Shown here: positions 13,533-26,753 of the stretch, in pieces
Layout of the letters: the number at the start of each line of letters is the position of its first letter
Position numbering within the stretch: the first letter of the stretch is position 1
Origin: Microthyrium microscopicum
Taxonomy: Eukaryota
Assembly: GCA_010405405.1 (NCBI GenBank)
Contig: MU004235.1
Coordinates: forward strand, 324,538-388,537
Length of the DNA stretch: 64,000 nt
Direction: 5' to 3'
Translations under genes and position numbers: made by a program
Notes under the pieces: model-generated
The model's input: the letters and a program-made list of their open reading frames with translations, nothing else
Told to the model about the DNA's origin: nothing
Database searches by the model: none

Positions 13533-15236
13533 ATGTTTGAGTGGCTCACTGGCGCGCAAGATGCCGCCATCATCAATGGTCAAAATCCTATTGACGACGA
13601 AACCATAATCGATGCCCCAGAAACACCAGCGCCTGTATTTGCAATGCGTGCAATGCGACAAGCCATCTTTGGCACTCCCAAAGTCGAGACACCTGCTCCT
13701 CGAGCCATCTCCCTCCCAGATCGACGACTCGAGCCATCTACGAAACAGACCCTTCAAGAACAATCTAAAGATCTCAAATCTATAAATCCGAAACCGTCCT
13801 TTGGAAACATTGGATCCCGGCCACTGTTGGAATGCCCTGCCAAAGGCATCCTGCTGACTCCTGGCACTATGAGTGGAAGAAGAAAGCAAGTCAAATTTGG
13901 CGAGGCAGTTGTGGATAATGAAGGCAAACGCAAGAACTATAGTAGGAGTGGGCTGCCAGATGATTGTCCCGGCAAATTCCCAAGTCCTTGGACACCAAAG
14001 AATGGAACTCCGGCCCAGCCTCGAACGACTACTACAGCAAAAGTAACCACTGTTCAGTTCAATTCAAAATCTCCGTTTACTCGAGTCCCAGAGAAGAAGG
14101 TGGAGAGCAAATTTACAGAGATACTGGAAACGACGAAGCCCTCCAAGTCCGAAATACAAGTGATATCACCACCTCGGTCAAAAGATGATGGCGATTTGAC
14201 TCTTGATCTCAGTCTTCCACGGTCCGCATCTGGTCGCTATTGGAAAGATCAATATGACTCTTATTCTACGCGATCGGAAGGCGAAACCAAACGACTAATA
14301 GCTAAACAAAAGTTAGCTAAAGACTACGCGCGCTTGAAGGACGAGGAAGCACAAGGGCTCAGAACTCAGCTGGATCTGGAGCGCAAAAAGCGGCAAAAGC
14401 GAGAGAAGGCGCTAGAAATACAAGTGAAAGACTTTCGAGAACGATTACGGGAAGCTCTTGGGGAGAATGCCAGAATGAGCGCAGAGGTCACGTCCATGAG
14501 AATGCGACTGGAGGGACAATCTACTACTCCAGAGACAGTCAAACTCGAACCAAAAGCAGAAGTTGCAAAGCTGAAGCCTTTCGTGGAAAAGTCGCCCGCC
14601 AGACGTGCCAAAGTTCCAATGCCGGAAGACATCTGGTTAGATGAAGCCACCGACGGAGAAGGGAATCCACGCACACGACGATTAAGGAGGTCGCCGAGAG
14701 CCCAGCGGTTTACTCGTACAGTCTCTGACGAGCCTGACAGCCAGGATTGTGTGAATCTGGATGTGGTTGCTTCGGTCAAGAAACTACAACCTGCTAGACT
14801 CTTGTCACGTTCCCAACCAAGTCCGCAGATAAGTCCACTGAAGACTCGTGAGTCCAAGAACACTGCGCTCGCGGAGAAGAATCCAAACAAAAGCATCAAG
14901 CCTCCGACCATTACGCTTGACAAGGCTCTTACCAATACATTCTTGAAACCCAAGAGTATCCTGGAGCGCGAAAGTATATCAGGCTTTTCTCATGCCAGCT
15001 TCATCCATCTTGATAGCTCCACTCCGTTGGAAGCTTTGAGTCTCCAAGCATCCCAACCTACCACGCCGCCTGTTTCTGGAACTCCAAAGGACAAACGTCA
15101 CCAGAGAGCGCGACCTCCTGGGTCCTCACGTCTACAAAAGCTGCAAGCTGGAGAAAAGCGAATCCAGGATGCAGAAGCCAGAATCGCGGAGCGGAGGATG
15201 AAGAGAAAAAGTCGGCCGCGTATCAAGGATGTTTAG
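13533..15236 (+). CDS. Spindle pole body protein Cut12-domain protein with coiled coil
   Basis: PETPAPVFA, KGILLTPGT..RRKQVKF, SGLPDDCPGKFPSPW, GRYWK and KQKLAKDYA are typical of fungal Cut12-family proteins. First in-frame ATG at 13533. Confidence 0.75.
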   Translation: MFEWLTGAQDAAIINGQNPIDDETIIDAPETPAPVFAMRAMRQAIFGTPKVETPAPRAISLPDRRLEPSTKQTLQEQSKDLKSINPKPSFGNIGSRPLLECPAKGILLTPGTMSGRRKQVKFGEAVVDNEGKRKNYSRSGLPDDCPGKFPSPWTPKNGTPAQPRTTTTAKVTTVQFNSKSPFTRVPEKKVESKFTEILETTKPSKSEIQVISPPRSKDDGDLTLDLSLPRSASGRYWKDQYDSYSTRSEGETKRLIAKQKLAKDYARLKDEEAQGLRTQLDLERKKRQKREKALEIQVKDFRERLREALGENARMSAEVTSMRMRLEGQSTTPETVKLEPKAEVAKLKPFVEKSPARRAKVPMPEDIWLDEATDGEGNPRTRRLRRSPRAQRFTRTVSDEPDSQDCVNLDVVASVKKLQPARLLSRSQPSPQISPLKTRESKNTALAEKNPNKSIKPPTITLDKALTNTFLKPKSILERESISGFSHASFIHLDSSTPLEALSLQASQPTTPPVSGTPKDKRHQRARPPGSSRLQKLQAGEKRIQDAEARIAERRMKRKSRPRIKDV

Positions 15237-15777
15237 CGTTCTCTCAGATCTGTTGTTGTATTATGTCGAATGCTCCAGGTTTTTAGCAATGGAGTTTGGG
15301 TAGATATCAAAGCCGTCTTTAGCCCCTTCAGTGGTCACGAAGCTTCGTGCAGAGCCACGATGACTTTCTAGTTCAGTGGCCAACAATTGAAACTGTTATC
15401 AATCTTTCGAAATCGTCTCTTCACTTTGGATTCAAACTGCTTTCTCTGATTTTACATGTGCCAAATATTGAAGCTTGCCCACGAGTCATGACATCATGAC
15501 TTCTCAGAAATGCACGAAGATGCAGCGTTCGTGCAGCAACAAAAATCCAGCCCCTGATTAAATGTAAAAGTCCTAATCGTACGGGTAAGGAGGATATCTA
15601 TCGTTCTACTCATTCCACGCCTTTCACCACATCGATCCTTGTGGGCCTTGAAACGCCCGCCTACTAAGCACCGTGTAACTACCACATCTCCCACATCAAC
15701 AGCAAACGCAACCAAAAGTCATTCTCACCACAGTAAAGAGCTAGGAAAAGCACCGACTGCTTCCCAAACCACCCACC

Positions 15778-16827
15778 ATGAATCTCGTCTCCGACACCCA
15801 GATCAACCGCATAATCGATGCCGGCTACCTCCCTCACGCGCTCATCCGGTATGGCATCCGCGCCCAACTCGCCGACCGCCTACGCAACATCGCCAGCACA
15901 GATCTCGACTCTGCATACAGCACCAAAATGGCCTACGTTTCCGCGCTGCGCCAACGGCCAATTGCCATTGAGACGGCGAAAGCCAACGAGCAGCACTATG
16001 AGGTTGGCACGGGTGTTCTGCAGGCCTGTCTGGGCCCGCGCATGAAGTACAGCAGCTGCTTATATCCCACTGGCAATGAGAGTCTTGCGCAGGCGGAGGA
16101 GGCGATGTTGAGCTTGTATTTGGAGCGCGCGGAGTTGAAGGATGGGATGAGGATATTGGATTTGGGATGTGGCTGGGGCAGTGCGAGTTTGTGGATGGCG
16201 GAGAAGTTGCCGAATGCGAAAGTTACGGCGTTTAGTAATAGTCGGAGTCAGAGGGCGTATATTGAGGGTGTGGCGAAAGAGAAGGGGTTGGAGAATCTGG
16301 AGGTTGTCACGGGCGATGTGGTCACGCATGAGTTCGAGCCTGAAGTTTATGATCGTGTGGTATCCATTGAGCTGTTTGAGCATATGAAGAATTATGAGCT
16401 GCTTATGTCAAAAGTGGCAAGGGCGCTGAAACCGGGCGGAAAGCTGTTTCTGCATATCTTCAGTCATAGGGATACGCCATATGATTTTGAGACGGGTTGG
16501 ATGACTGAGCACTTCTTTACAGGCGGCACGATGCCGAGTGCGGATTTATTGCATTACTTTCAAAAGGACTTGACGCTTCAAAGTCAGTGGTGGGTGAACG
16601 GCAAGCATTATGCGAAGACATGCGAGGATTGGTTGACAAAGATGAACGGGTCAAAGAAGACAATTTGGCCGCACTTGGAAGAAACTTATGGGACGGAGGG
16701 GACAGCGAAGTGGTTCTATCGGTGGCAGGTGTTCTATATGGCTTGTGCGGAGCTCTTTGCGTATGATGGAGGAGATACGTGGGGGGTATCACATTATTTG
16801 TTTGAGAAAATCGACAAGAGTAAATAG
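15778..16827 (+). CDS. SAM-dependent methyltransferase (cyclopropane fatty-acyl synthase / coclaurine N-methyltransferase-like)
   Basis: ANEQHYE, LGPRMKYSSC, ILDLGCGWGS, VSIELFEHMKNY, FFTGGTMPS motifs; 349 aa single exon. Confidence 0.9.
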   Translation: MNLVSDTQINRIIDAGYLPHALIRYGIRAQLADRLRNIASTDLDSAYSTKMAYVSALRQRPIAIETAKANEQHYEVGTGVLQACLGPRMKYSSCLYPTGNESLAQAEEAMLSLYLERAELKDGMRILDLGCGWGSASLWMAEKLPNAKVTAFSNSRSQRAYIEGVAKEKGLENLEVVTGDVVTHEFEPEVYDRVVSIELFEHMKNYELLMSKVARALKPGGKLFLHIFSHRDTPYDFETGWMTEHFFTGGTMPSADLLHYFQKDLTLQSQWWVNGKHYAKTCEDWLTKMNGSKKTIWPHLEETYGTEGTAKWFYRWQVFYMACAELFAYDGGDTWGVSHYLFEKIDKSK

Positions 16828-18061
16828 CCCATGGGCTGAGAGATCCAAGGGCGTGTAAGATCACTCCTGTAGATATCATGACTATAGCCTTCACATAGCC
16901 ATACGAAAAGAAGCATTTGATGAAAACTGAACAGTTGTGACCCAACGAATAGGTGCCTAGGTATCTTGCAGCTAGCATATCCAGGCAGACTGTATGCCGC
17001 GACTACTCGTAGCGCATAGATTGAGCTCATCTATAAAGGCGAAGGCTAACGCATGATTCGACTGCATGTAATCGTTGTTTATGTTCTTTGATATTGGTAT
17101 GGGCAACTTCGTATTTGTAAGGTATTTCCCACAATGTCGCGCTGTGTGGATATATCCCAAATACACGATTTCTATGATTCAGTCTTCGATGCAGCTGCCT
17201 TGGATTCCTCCAGTCGTTTCCTCCGTTCAGCAAAGTATGATGTCCATGTATGTGTTTCCCAGGCATGTTGTAAGCCGAGCATCACGGTGCCGTTGGCTTT
17301 GAATTGGTACATCAGCTGTCATGCTGTCAGCTCAGTTTAGATCCAGACACGATTGTTAGATCTATCATACCCAGAACCACATGCTTGCGCCTAGTGCAAC
17401 TGCTGTATATCTGTGAAAGCGGGAGACATGAGGGGGGCCAACGGGGTGGACTCCAGAAGCCGCACCATGGCCTAAGTGGGAAGGAGGCCGGTTCATGGTG
17501 ATTTCTAACAATCAATTAGCTCCGGAGTAGGTTGAGGAGGATAACCCGAATGTTGATTCTGGGCATTACTCACAAAGGACGGCGTTAGAGGTTGAATGAG
17601 GTGTTGCAAGTGTTTGGTTGTAGTTGGAATTGACGAGAGCATGGGAAGACACGAAAGCTTGGCATCTGCACAGTCGCCAAACCAACACCAACTCGCGCGC
17701 CAGCTTCACCCTCTCCTTCGGTATCACCACTACCAATTCTCGTCATCTCCCACCACGCGCCCATTCCCTGCGCCTAATATCATCAGCAGACAATAATCTC
17801 CCTATTCTATTCATCAGATCTCTTTTATCCATCAGACCTAACGCCAGCTGGCTCGCGAGGCCTGGCTAGGCTGATTCTGGATTCACCAGCTCAACTCCCC
17901 AATTTCACTGCTACACCGTTTACATCCTTCATGTCGCCTCATTTCGTCGCTCTCCATCATCCGCGCCTTGTCGCATAACCATCTCGAATTATCTCCGATC
18001 TAACGCATTTCCATAACTCGCTTCTCCAATCCTCCGTCCCTCTTCCAATAACCCCTCCATC

Positions 18062-20041
18062 ATGGCGACAGCCTCTTCCTCCTCCACTGCAGTCCCATTG
18101 CGTAGAAAGTACTCAGGATGCTCTGATTTGAAGGCATACTCAATACTTCGAAAGCTGGGCGAAGGAACCTTTGGGTACGCCCATTTCATCAGATGGAAAT
18201 GCACGAGTACTGACTGAAGATTATAGTGAGGTTTACCAGGGTCATAGAAAAGAAACCGGAGAGGTAGTCGCATTGAAGAAGATCCTTATGCACAATGAGC
18301 GTGAAGGCGTACGTTCTACCTACAACTCGCTCGGGAGGATCTACTCTAATGTCGTTCTAGTTTCCAATCACTGCGTTGCGAGAGCTCAAACTGCTGAAGA
18401 CGTTAGCACATTCCAATGTCATTAAGCTTGAAGAGATGGCCGTCGAACGCACGCGCGAGTTAAAAAAGCACGCTATCCTATACATGGTTACGCCTTACAT
18501 GGAACATGATCTCTCGGGACTGCTTGACAATCCTAACATCAGAGTAACAGAACCTATGCGGAAATGTTACATGCTCCAGTTGTTCCAAGGGCTAAATTAC
18601 CTACATCAGGTAGGATGGTTTACACGATCAAGATTAATGACCTGACATTTCGTAGAACCACATTTTGCATCGAGATATGAAAGCCGCAAACCTTTTGATC
18701 AGCAATATCGGAATCCTCAAAATTGCTGATTTTGGCCTTGCGCGACATTACGAGGGGCCAACACCAAAGCGTGGAAAAGGAGGTGGGGAGGCTACCCGAG
18801 ACTATACCAGTCTTGTGGTTACTCGATGGTATCGCCCCCCAGAGCTTCTTCTACAACTTCGACGATATACGACTGCTATTGACATGTGGGGTGCCGGGTA
18901 TGTGTACCTATCGACCTTATTGGATGTGACTAACCGTACCAGATGTGTTTTCGGTGAAATGTTCAAACGAAAACCAATTCTTCAAGGACAATCCGATCTA
19001 CATCAGGCGCAGATAGTCTTCGAGCTCGTAGGCTCACCAAATGAACAAAACATGCCAGGCTGGGAACGACTCCATGGTGCAGGGCCTATCAAAAACTTCG
19101 TATCTTCGAGCGGGAATATGAATCAATACTTTAGAGAAGTAGATTCACACGGCCTTGATCTACTGAAAGAATTATTCAAACTGGATTGGCGCAAACGGAT
19201 CAATGCGATCGATGCCATGGATCATCCATATTTCAAATCACACCCACTTCCTTGTCGACCAGAAGATATTCCGACTTTCGAAGACTCGCACGAATTGGAT
19301 AGACGCAACAAGAAAGGTGAAAAGCCAGCCCTACCACCTGCTCCTATGGGGGGCACTGTTGGAGGAGGTGGCGCAAATGGTGACTGGCCTGGGGATCATA
19401 GCACTCAGGGCCATGGACATCAACAACAATGGGGAAATGACCGAGGTCCTCCAGGGGCTCATCGAGATAATCGGCAGGGCAGTAGAGTACCTGCTGGTGC
19501 ACATGGGCGAGATCATCACGGCAATGGATCAAGAGGACATGATAGAGATCAGAGACGGCCGCCGCCAGGAGCAGCACGACCGTCTGCATGGCAAACAGAA
19601 AACAGACCACCACCTCAAAACGGTGCTGAGGATCCATCTAGAGGATCCACTTTACCGCCACCGCCAGGAGAGAACTCGCGACATCCCTTACCGCTTAATC
19701 CGCACCGTAAGAAGGATACTTATGTACCGGCATACGATGATGGTCGCCGAAGAGACGACGCTCGACGAGAAGATCGACCCTCTCGAACTCCAGATCGATA
19801 TAATGACCGAAGAGAAGGCGACCGACGCGACAATCGACGAGATGATAACCGACGAGACGATAACCGCCGAGACGACAGACGTTATAGAGATGATAGACGA
19901 CGCGACGAATATCGGGATCCCGACCGACCTCGAGCTGGAGATGATCGATATCGTGATCGAGGAGATCGACGGGATCGTGCTAGATCTGGTAGTCCGGATA
20001 GTCGTGATCGAGGAAACAACCGCTATAGTAGGGACCGTTGA
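18062..20041 (+). CDS. BUR1: Cyclin-dependent kinase Bur1/Sgv1 (CDK9-like) with Arg/Asp-rich low-complexity tail
   Basis: [52 protein letters not shown]. Introns ~18175-18226, 18309-18360, 18610-18656, 18898-18942. Confidence 0.9.
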
Positions 20042-21443
20042 GAAAACAAATCCCACTCTGGACGTGGTCAAAAAAGTCCTCAGTCTATTAGTCCTGAGAG
20101 CAGATTTGAGAGCACTCGATTTAGGTCAGATCTGCGCAGAGCCAGAGGACAACGTAAACGACGTGGAGGAGTCGGATAGTGCCACTTAAGCAAAAGGAGA
20201 GCTATCCAAGAAGGAGTGTACATCGACAAACACATCAGATGTTGTCCATCAATATATCAAAGTTCCGGAATTCGCCGGTCTACCAACCGCGCCTGGACAT
20301 TTCCCCTTTTATACGATCAACATCTGCACCGAGCGTAAATCACCGACCTGATGGATCTATGCAAGGAACAATACCACTTTGTCCTCGTTCTTCAATACCT
20401 CTCTCAGGACATTGTCCAATCGTACTGTCCAAAAATACCCAGGAAGGCAGCGCGATCCGGAGACCGGAAGAAGCACAAGCCATGAGCTTACAACTTCGTT
20501 CCCCTGGCTCTTTGTTATTTGTATGAATTATTGCATAGCACGGCGTTGGATCATGCTGTGTACATTGGTATATTGAGTCTTTTTGCCTCTTAACCAGACA
20601 ATTCCCGCTGGACCGAGTCTATGGGGTTTCTTTTCTCACTTTTTGCTCCGGATCGGGCAATGCCGGGCAAAGCTTCGTTGGCATGAGACTTCGTTGGATT
20701 CTACTCGGAAATTCACATTAATTGTCTCTTCTAACCGGTAGCACGGAAGACGAGGGTTGTGATTTAGTAGTATTCATAGAAATCAATATCTCGTGATAGT
20801 ATTGCTTCGAGTTCCCTAGTCTCTTGATGTGGTATTATGCTGGTATTGAGATGGCTTCTCGCTATTGGTACCTCATCTCCGAATTGTGCATGTCAACACG
20901 TCAGCCAGCCTCGGTTCAAAGACTCGATCTTGGAAGATGTTGCTGGTTGGTCTGGTTCTAGAGGTAATGAGATGCCAGGCAAGCCAGGTTATGCGTGGCC
21001 AGGGCGATTTGATGACTGTGGGGTGAGTTGCATGGTCCAAATATTTGCTTCTGAGAGTATATAAATTCAACACGTCGACCTGCATCATTGATCTATTCCA
21101 TGTTGCTAAAGTCTTTTGGCTTTGGAGTGAACAACCTCATTTCTTGCTTTTTTCGGTGTGCATTTGCCTAGAATAGTGCCTTGTTTTCAGCCTTTCCTTT
21201 CAGCCTTGTTGTTGCGAGCTCTTTCCAGTCCAATAACTCGCCATTGCCAATCTAAATCGTGAAGCAAAAAACTCGAGGAAAGAAGTATCAATCAATCAAG
21301 AGAATTGTCTTACATCAAGATCAAAAAAGCATACGAGCTTTCCAACTGCTAGCATTCATCTTTCTACAACATTCGTCGTATTTTGAGAACAGCACAGAGT
21401 GTGAGAAAACGAAACTCCACAAAAATAGATTCTCAGATCGAAA

Positions 21444-23772
21444 ATGCCGGGCTCGCATCCAAATAATGGCAATGGCGAATTTAGCCCCGCGGTCCAGAGC
21501 CCTTTAAGCCGGAGCGTAATAATGGCGGTTGACTCACCCAACCATCTCCCCTTCACCACATCGACTACGGAGCCAACAACCTTGCCTTTGCAAAACTTTT
21601 ATTCTTCAAACTACAACCGCCCTTCTCGCCGCCAGGAACAACCACAAAAGCAACAATTACCTACTATACACCAAATACCACAACCCGTACAACCTGTGCA
21701 ACCTCTACAGCCTGTCCAGTCGATCTCATTACACTCAACGTCAGCAATGGCCCCTCCTTCCACAGCCAACGGCACCCTGTTTGTCAATTCGATACCCCAC
21801 ACAATGGAGAAGGATCTACCAGATGGAGGAAATTGGGTGGTGCAGAAATATGGTATTTGCTACAACTGTCCATGAGAGCGCTTTCACAGGCTAATATATT
21901 GCGTAGGCGGGACAAGCGTGGGTAAATTCGCCTCGAATATCGCCAATATCGTCGAGTACGTTTTTCTTTACACAAGTCTCCTGCGCACGCGACACTTCGG
22001 TCCAATCAGCAGAGACGAAAAGAGCAATTACTAACCTTTGGTCTAGGGCGTATTTGAAGAACAACCGAATTGCTGTCGTTTGTTCTGCGCGAAGCTCAAC
22101 CATCAAAATCGAAGGAACTACCAGCAGGTGACGATTTGATCTACAATCCATAAGAAGAAAGCTACGGAAGCTAATACGATGACAGACTGTTACGCGCTGC
22201 AAAGGAAGCGGAGATTCCCAAATCGACTGGCTATTTGCCAATCGTAAAGGCCATTCAAGATGACCACATCGGAGCTGCCAAAGACGCCATCCGATCGCCG
22301 GACATTTTCGATAACTATGCTGCACAAGTCACCAGCGAGTGTCAGGAGCTTGTTAAGGTGCTTGAGTCGGCCCAGCATATTGAGGAAGTCAGTTTCAAGG
22401 CTGAGAATAAAATAATCAGCAAGGGTGAAAAATTGGCTTCTGTATGTCAAAGTGCTCATTGATGTGCTCGGGGTTTTTTTCTGACTTGGGGATAGATGTA
22501 TATGGCCGCTTTGCTGAACGATCGAGACATTCCTGCGCAATACGTCGATTTGTCAGATATCATCAAGAACTACGATATCTCTACCGCGAGAGAAGGCTTC
22601 TATCAGCGCCTTTCTATTGCGTTTGCCAAAGAGATTAGGACTTGTGGCAACAAGATTCCAATCATCACTGGCTACTTTGGTAAGACTGCCTAAAGTGGTA
22701 TTTCCTGATGTAAGCTTATGCTCATACAAAACTAGGTCATATCCCAGGAGGCCTTCTACACTCCATTGGCCGTGGATATACCGACCTTTGCGCCGCACTT
22801 GTCGCTGTCGGTTTGAATGCCACCGAACTTCAAATCTGGTACTCACATTGAAGTACCTCCCATTGACAGTCTGACTAACACTTTAAAAGGAAAGAAGTTG
22901 ACGGCATCTTCTCCGCCGACCCACGCAAAGTCCCCACTGCCCGCCTCATCCCCTCCGTCACTCCAGCCGAAGCGTCTGAGTTGACCTTTTACGGCTCCGA
23001 AGTCATCCATCCCTACACCATGGACCATGTTATCCGCGCACGCATCCCAATTCGCATCAAAAACGTCATGAACCCTCGCTGTGCCGGCACCGTCATCTAT
23101 CCCGATCCACCCAGCCCCAGCGGCTCACCAACCGACGCACTGCATCCAAAACTTTTCCGTACCCGCAGTTCCAGTGTCCTCGACCGCGCGCTCAAACCCA
23201 AGCGGCCAACAGCCGTGACCATCAAACGCAGCATTGTCGTGCTCAATGTGCACTCAAACAAGCGCACGCGCTCGCACGGTTTTCTAGCGTCCATCTTTAG
23301 CATTCTGGACAGATGGCACTTGAGCGTCGATTTGATTGCCAGCTCTGAGGTGCACGTTAGTATGGCTCTGCATTCTGAGCGCAGTATGATTAGTGGAGGT
23401 ACTGGCGCTGAAAAGGATGGTGACTATGAAGAGTTGACAATTCAGGACGAAAGATTGCAGGGTGCAGTGACAGACTTGGCGGAGCTTGGTGATGTGGATC
23501 TGAGTAATGATATGGCGATTGTGAGTTTGGTGGGCAAGGATTTGAAGAACATGACTGGTATCAGCGGCAGGTTCTTTTCAGTGCTTGGAGAGAACCATAT
23601 CAATATTGAGATGATCAGTCAAGGTAAGTCAAGCCCCTATCGACCAGCTTTTCCTGCTAACGGGTGTCGACTAGGGGCTTCGGAGATCAATATTTCGTGT
23701 GTCATTTGGGCTCGCGATGCGGATAGAGCGTTGAATGTTCTGCATACCAACCTCTTTACTTTTCTGGAGTGA
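21444..23772 (+). CDS. HOM3: Aspartate kinase; ~8 exons; true start may be the downstream ATG 21748
   Basis: WVVQKY|GGTSVGK, AVVCSARS...GTT, GRGYTDLCAAL, KEVDGIFSADPRKVP, ELTFYGSEVIHP, ACT domains, INIEMISQ|GASEINISCV. Confidence 0.93.
21530..21536 (+). promoter_or_regulatory. Gcn4/CpcA response element (TGACTCA) near the 5' end of aspartate kinase
   Basis: Perfect TGACTCA ~210 bp upstream of ATG 21748. HOM3 is a known Gcn4 target in yeast. It lies inside the coding frame if ATG 21444 is used. Confidence 0.4.
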
Positions 23773-23911
23773 TTGCATTTACACTGCATAGCGATGCGAC
23801 CAAGCATTTTACGTGCGGCTAAACTTGTTCTATAGATGTTCTGTTCCTACTTTTACGACGCAAGAATGACAAAAAGCATCCTTTTTCTTTACCAGCATCT
23901 CTTCCCTTCTA

Positions 23912-25025
23912 TCAGACTGTAAATTTCTCCCCAATCAGCTTCTCACTTAACGTCCACAACTTTTCCGCATTCTCAACCGACGAGGCATACTCAAACAACG
24001 GCTCTACCTGGCAGTCCTCCATATAAGATCCGGACTTGTCTACTTCACAATTAGCAACCCACTTCTCCCCTTTTCTTCTGGTAGATTAAAGACTAACCTG
24101 TCAGCTCCGGATTCAAAGCCGCCGCCAATGCCGTCGCACTGCCCTGCTGAGCCGTCTTCGAAGGCGGCATCTCAAACTTATATCCCGAATTCCGCATCGC
24201 AATGTCAGCAATTGGATCAAACGCCGTCTCATGATCCAAATGATTCCCCAACGCCGTCGTAAATATCGCTATAACACACTACATCAGCTTTTCCCGCTCC
24301 CCAACAATCATGGTATCAAAACTTACCGCCTGGATGCGTCGCAAAGCTCAACACACCCCGTTTCGCCAACGCTCTGGTGAACAGTATATTCGCCGTCTTA
24401 CTTTGCCCATATGCAGACCAGCCATCATACTCCGCTCCATCACTGAAATTGTAGTCATCTAACCGCATTGGGCCAATTTTATACCCATTACTCGTCTGAT
24501 TCACAACTCGTCCTCCCTTTACTAGCTTGGGGAGGAGAAGCTTGGTGAAGAGAAAGTGGCCGATGTGGTTGGTTGCGAATTGGCTTTCAATGCCTGCGTC
24601 GTTGGTGGTGTATTCCTGCACGGCCATTATGGCTGCGTTGTTGATTACGATATCGATCTTGTCTACGCGGTCATTGATGGTGGCTGCGGCGGTGCGGACG
24701 GAAGGCAAAGAGGCGAGATCGACGGGAATGAATGTGATTTTGATGTTGGGGTTTATGGAGGCGATTTTGGCGATTACGGGGGTGACTTTTGGGGCGGTGC
24801 GGGCGAGGAGGATTAGATGGGCTGGGGAGGCTGTTGCGAGGGCGAGGGCGGTTTCGCCGCCTAGTGAGTTGTTGCTGGCGCCGGTGATGATTACTGTATT
24901 GTTGGTAAGTTTGGGATATGATTGAAATGGAGAGCGTGGAGAGACGGACTGGTTTTGCCTTGGACGGCAGAGGGAAATGCTTGGACGACTTGTTCGCCGG
25001 TGGTATCGAAGCCGAAGGAAGTCAT
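23912..25025 (-). CDS. Short-chain dehydrogenase/reductase (WWOX/retinol-dehydrogenase-like)
   Basis: VIITGASNNSLGGETA, INNAAIM, QFATNHIGHFLFT, YGQSKTAN, HPG motifs. About three introns. Confidence 0.88.
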
Positions 25026-25527
25026 TGTGGTTATATTGAACTAGGTAAGTATGGGATATGTGTATGATAAACCTCCAGATTACCGATATGTGGAACCTGC
25101 GGACTGTTACTTTATACTTGAAAGCTATTGTGGTCTGGAAGCACGCTGTTATGTATGCTATCCTGGCTATCGCCGAATTTTGATAGAGCCATCGGTGTTA
25201 AATCTCAGTGCCCTTTTCCGGCTCTATCATGCTCGACATGAACATGTGGGTTGAGTAGTTGGAAAAATATGAGCTCATTGCCTACTACTACCCGCATGAG
25301 CACTAGCAGTCACTCTATCGGAGATATTTTTTTGGAATCTCCTTGCTATCCGCCTGCGCGGCTATGCCTTGATCACCACATCAACGGATAAAGTCACCCC
25401 ATTCAGAAATAAGCTTTTCGACATTGCATTCTCCGTCATTGATAAAATTGAATCGTCTCCGTACCAGAACTCATAATGCCTTGTTCTTGATCTTATACTC
25501 TTCATGATTCTTGTTTGGTTCTGAACA

Positions 25528-26753
25528 TTACCCCAAACGCAAATCAAAGAACCTCCCCAAGTATATGTATATTGCGGTCTTCTTCGGAGGACCGAGCTGT
25601 TGATAAAGCGGATCGTTCAGTAATTGAGCAATCAACTCCTCCTCAACATTTTCTCGATGACTGCTCCCCGGGTGCACATCATGCTTCGCCCGAAATTTGA
25701 CCCAAGCGAACTCATGGGATCGGATTGCTTGATGGTATTGCGTTTCCCTCTCCAGCAAAGAAAATTCTACCTCATCCGGAACTGCGTCACTACGACGAAA
25801 GAGCCGGTCAGGCGGCGGTGGCCCATCTCTCGTCCAAGGTAGAACCACGAGATCATGTTGAGTACCTCGAGCATGTTTTGTCCAATCTCCTTCTTTGAAG
25901 GATATCGCACTACATTTTGGATTGAGGCATGGCCAGTGACAAGCGTTTTTGCCCCCATGGTGGTATTGTTCCTATGTTTGCATGCGGATGGAACGGATGC
26001 CGATGAAGTGTTGATTAAGCATTCGAGTCTTGATCATATGTTGTTGGATTGTTCCAGCAAGTCCTGAGAACTTCTTGAATGCAAGTCTCACTCGATCTCT
26101 CGTCCAATTCCTTTGTAAAATCACCCAGCTGTCGTCATTTCGCTGATACTTGTAGAGATTTGTCTTCGTGTTATGATATCCAGCTTTGAGTTGTTCATCC
26201 GTAACTTCATCTTCGACCTCTCTGGCACTGGCATAAATTTGGACATGCTGAGGACACGCGTCAGCCAGTTTTTTGAACAGATCTGAGAATGCGACTAAAG
26301 GATCCAACGGCGCACGCCAGTCCCCATGCTCAGAAATGAGGACCCGTTGGACAGCTGGAAAATTGATATTAAAGTTTTCCCAGAACTCCCGAACTTGTTC
26401 GACTATCGGTTTAAAATGCAATCTTCCATTTTCTCTAGTCCGTGCTAAGGCGTATCGCATAATCCTTCCCCGTGTAGGTTGTTGCGAGACTTGAAATGTG
26501 TTTGCGAGTTTTGTAAATTCAATCTCGATTTGCTGAACAGAGCTTGCAAACTCAGGACAATGAGGTTCTGATCCAGAATAGCCGCGCTCCAAACGTAACC
26601 ACTCTGAGCTTGTGTAGTACCAAACATCTGGATGCGCCCAGAATGCTCTCTGAGCCTCCGCTCGAAGAGCAGATGAAGCTTGCATGAGAGTCCAGAGAGT
26701 CCGGGCATCACACGATTTTATTATCGATTCTTGAATGTCGAATGGTAAAGTCA
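25528..26753 (-). pseudogene. Fungal hypothetical protein (N-terminal F-box-like segment, C-terminal C2H2-like motif) interrupted by in-frame TAG at 25972-25974
   Basis: ORFs 25972..26880 and 25528..25848 are in the same frame, separated only by one TAG. Reading through gives EQYHHG..C..PC...C...F..GDWTKH..QLLNDPLY. FMTLPFDIQESII resembles an F-box start. Confidence 0.6.
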
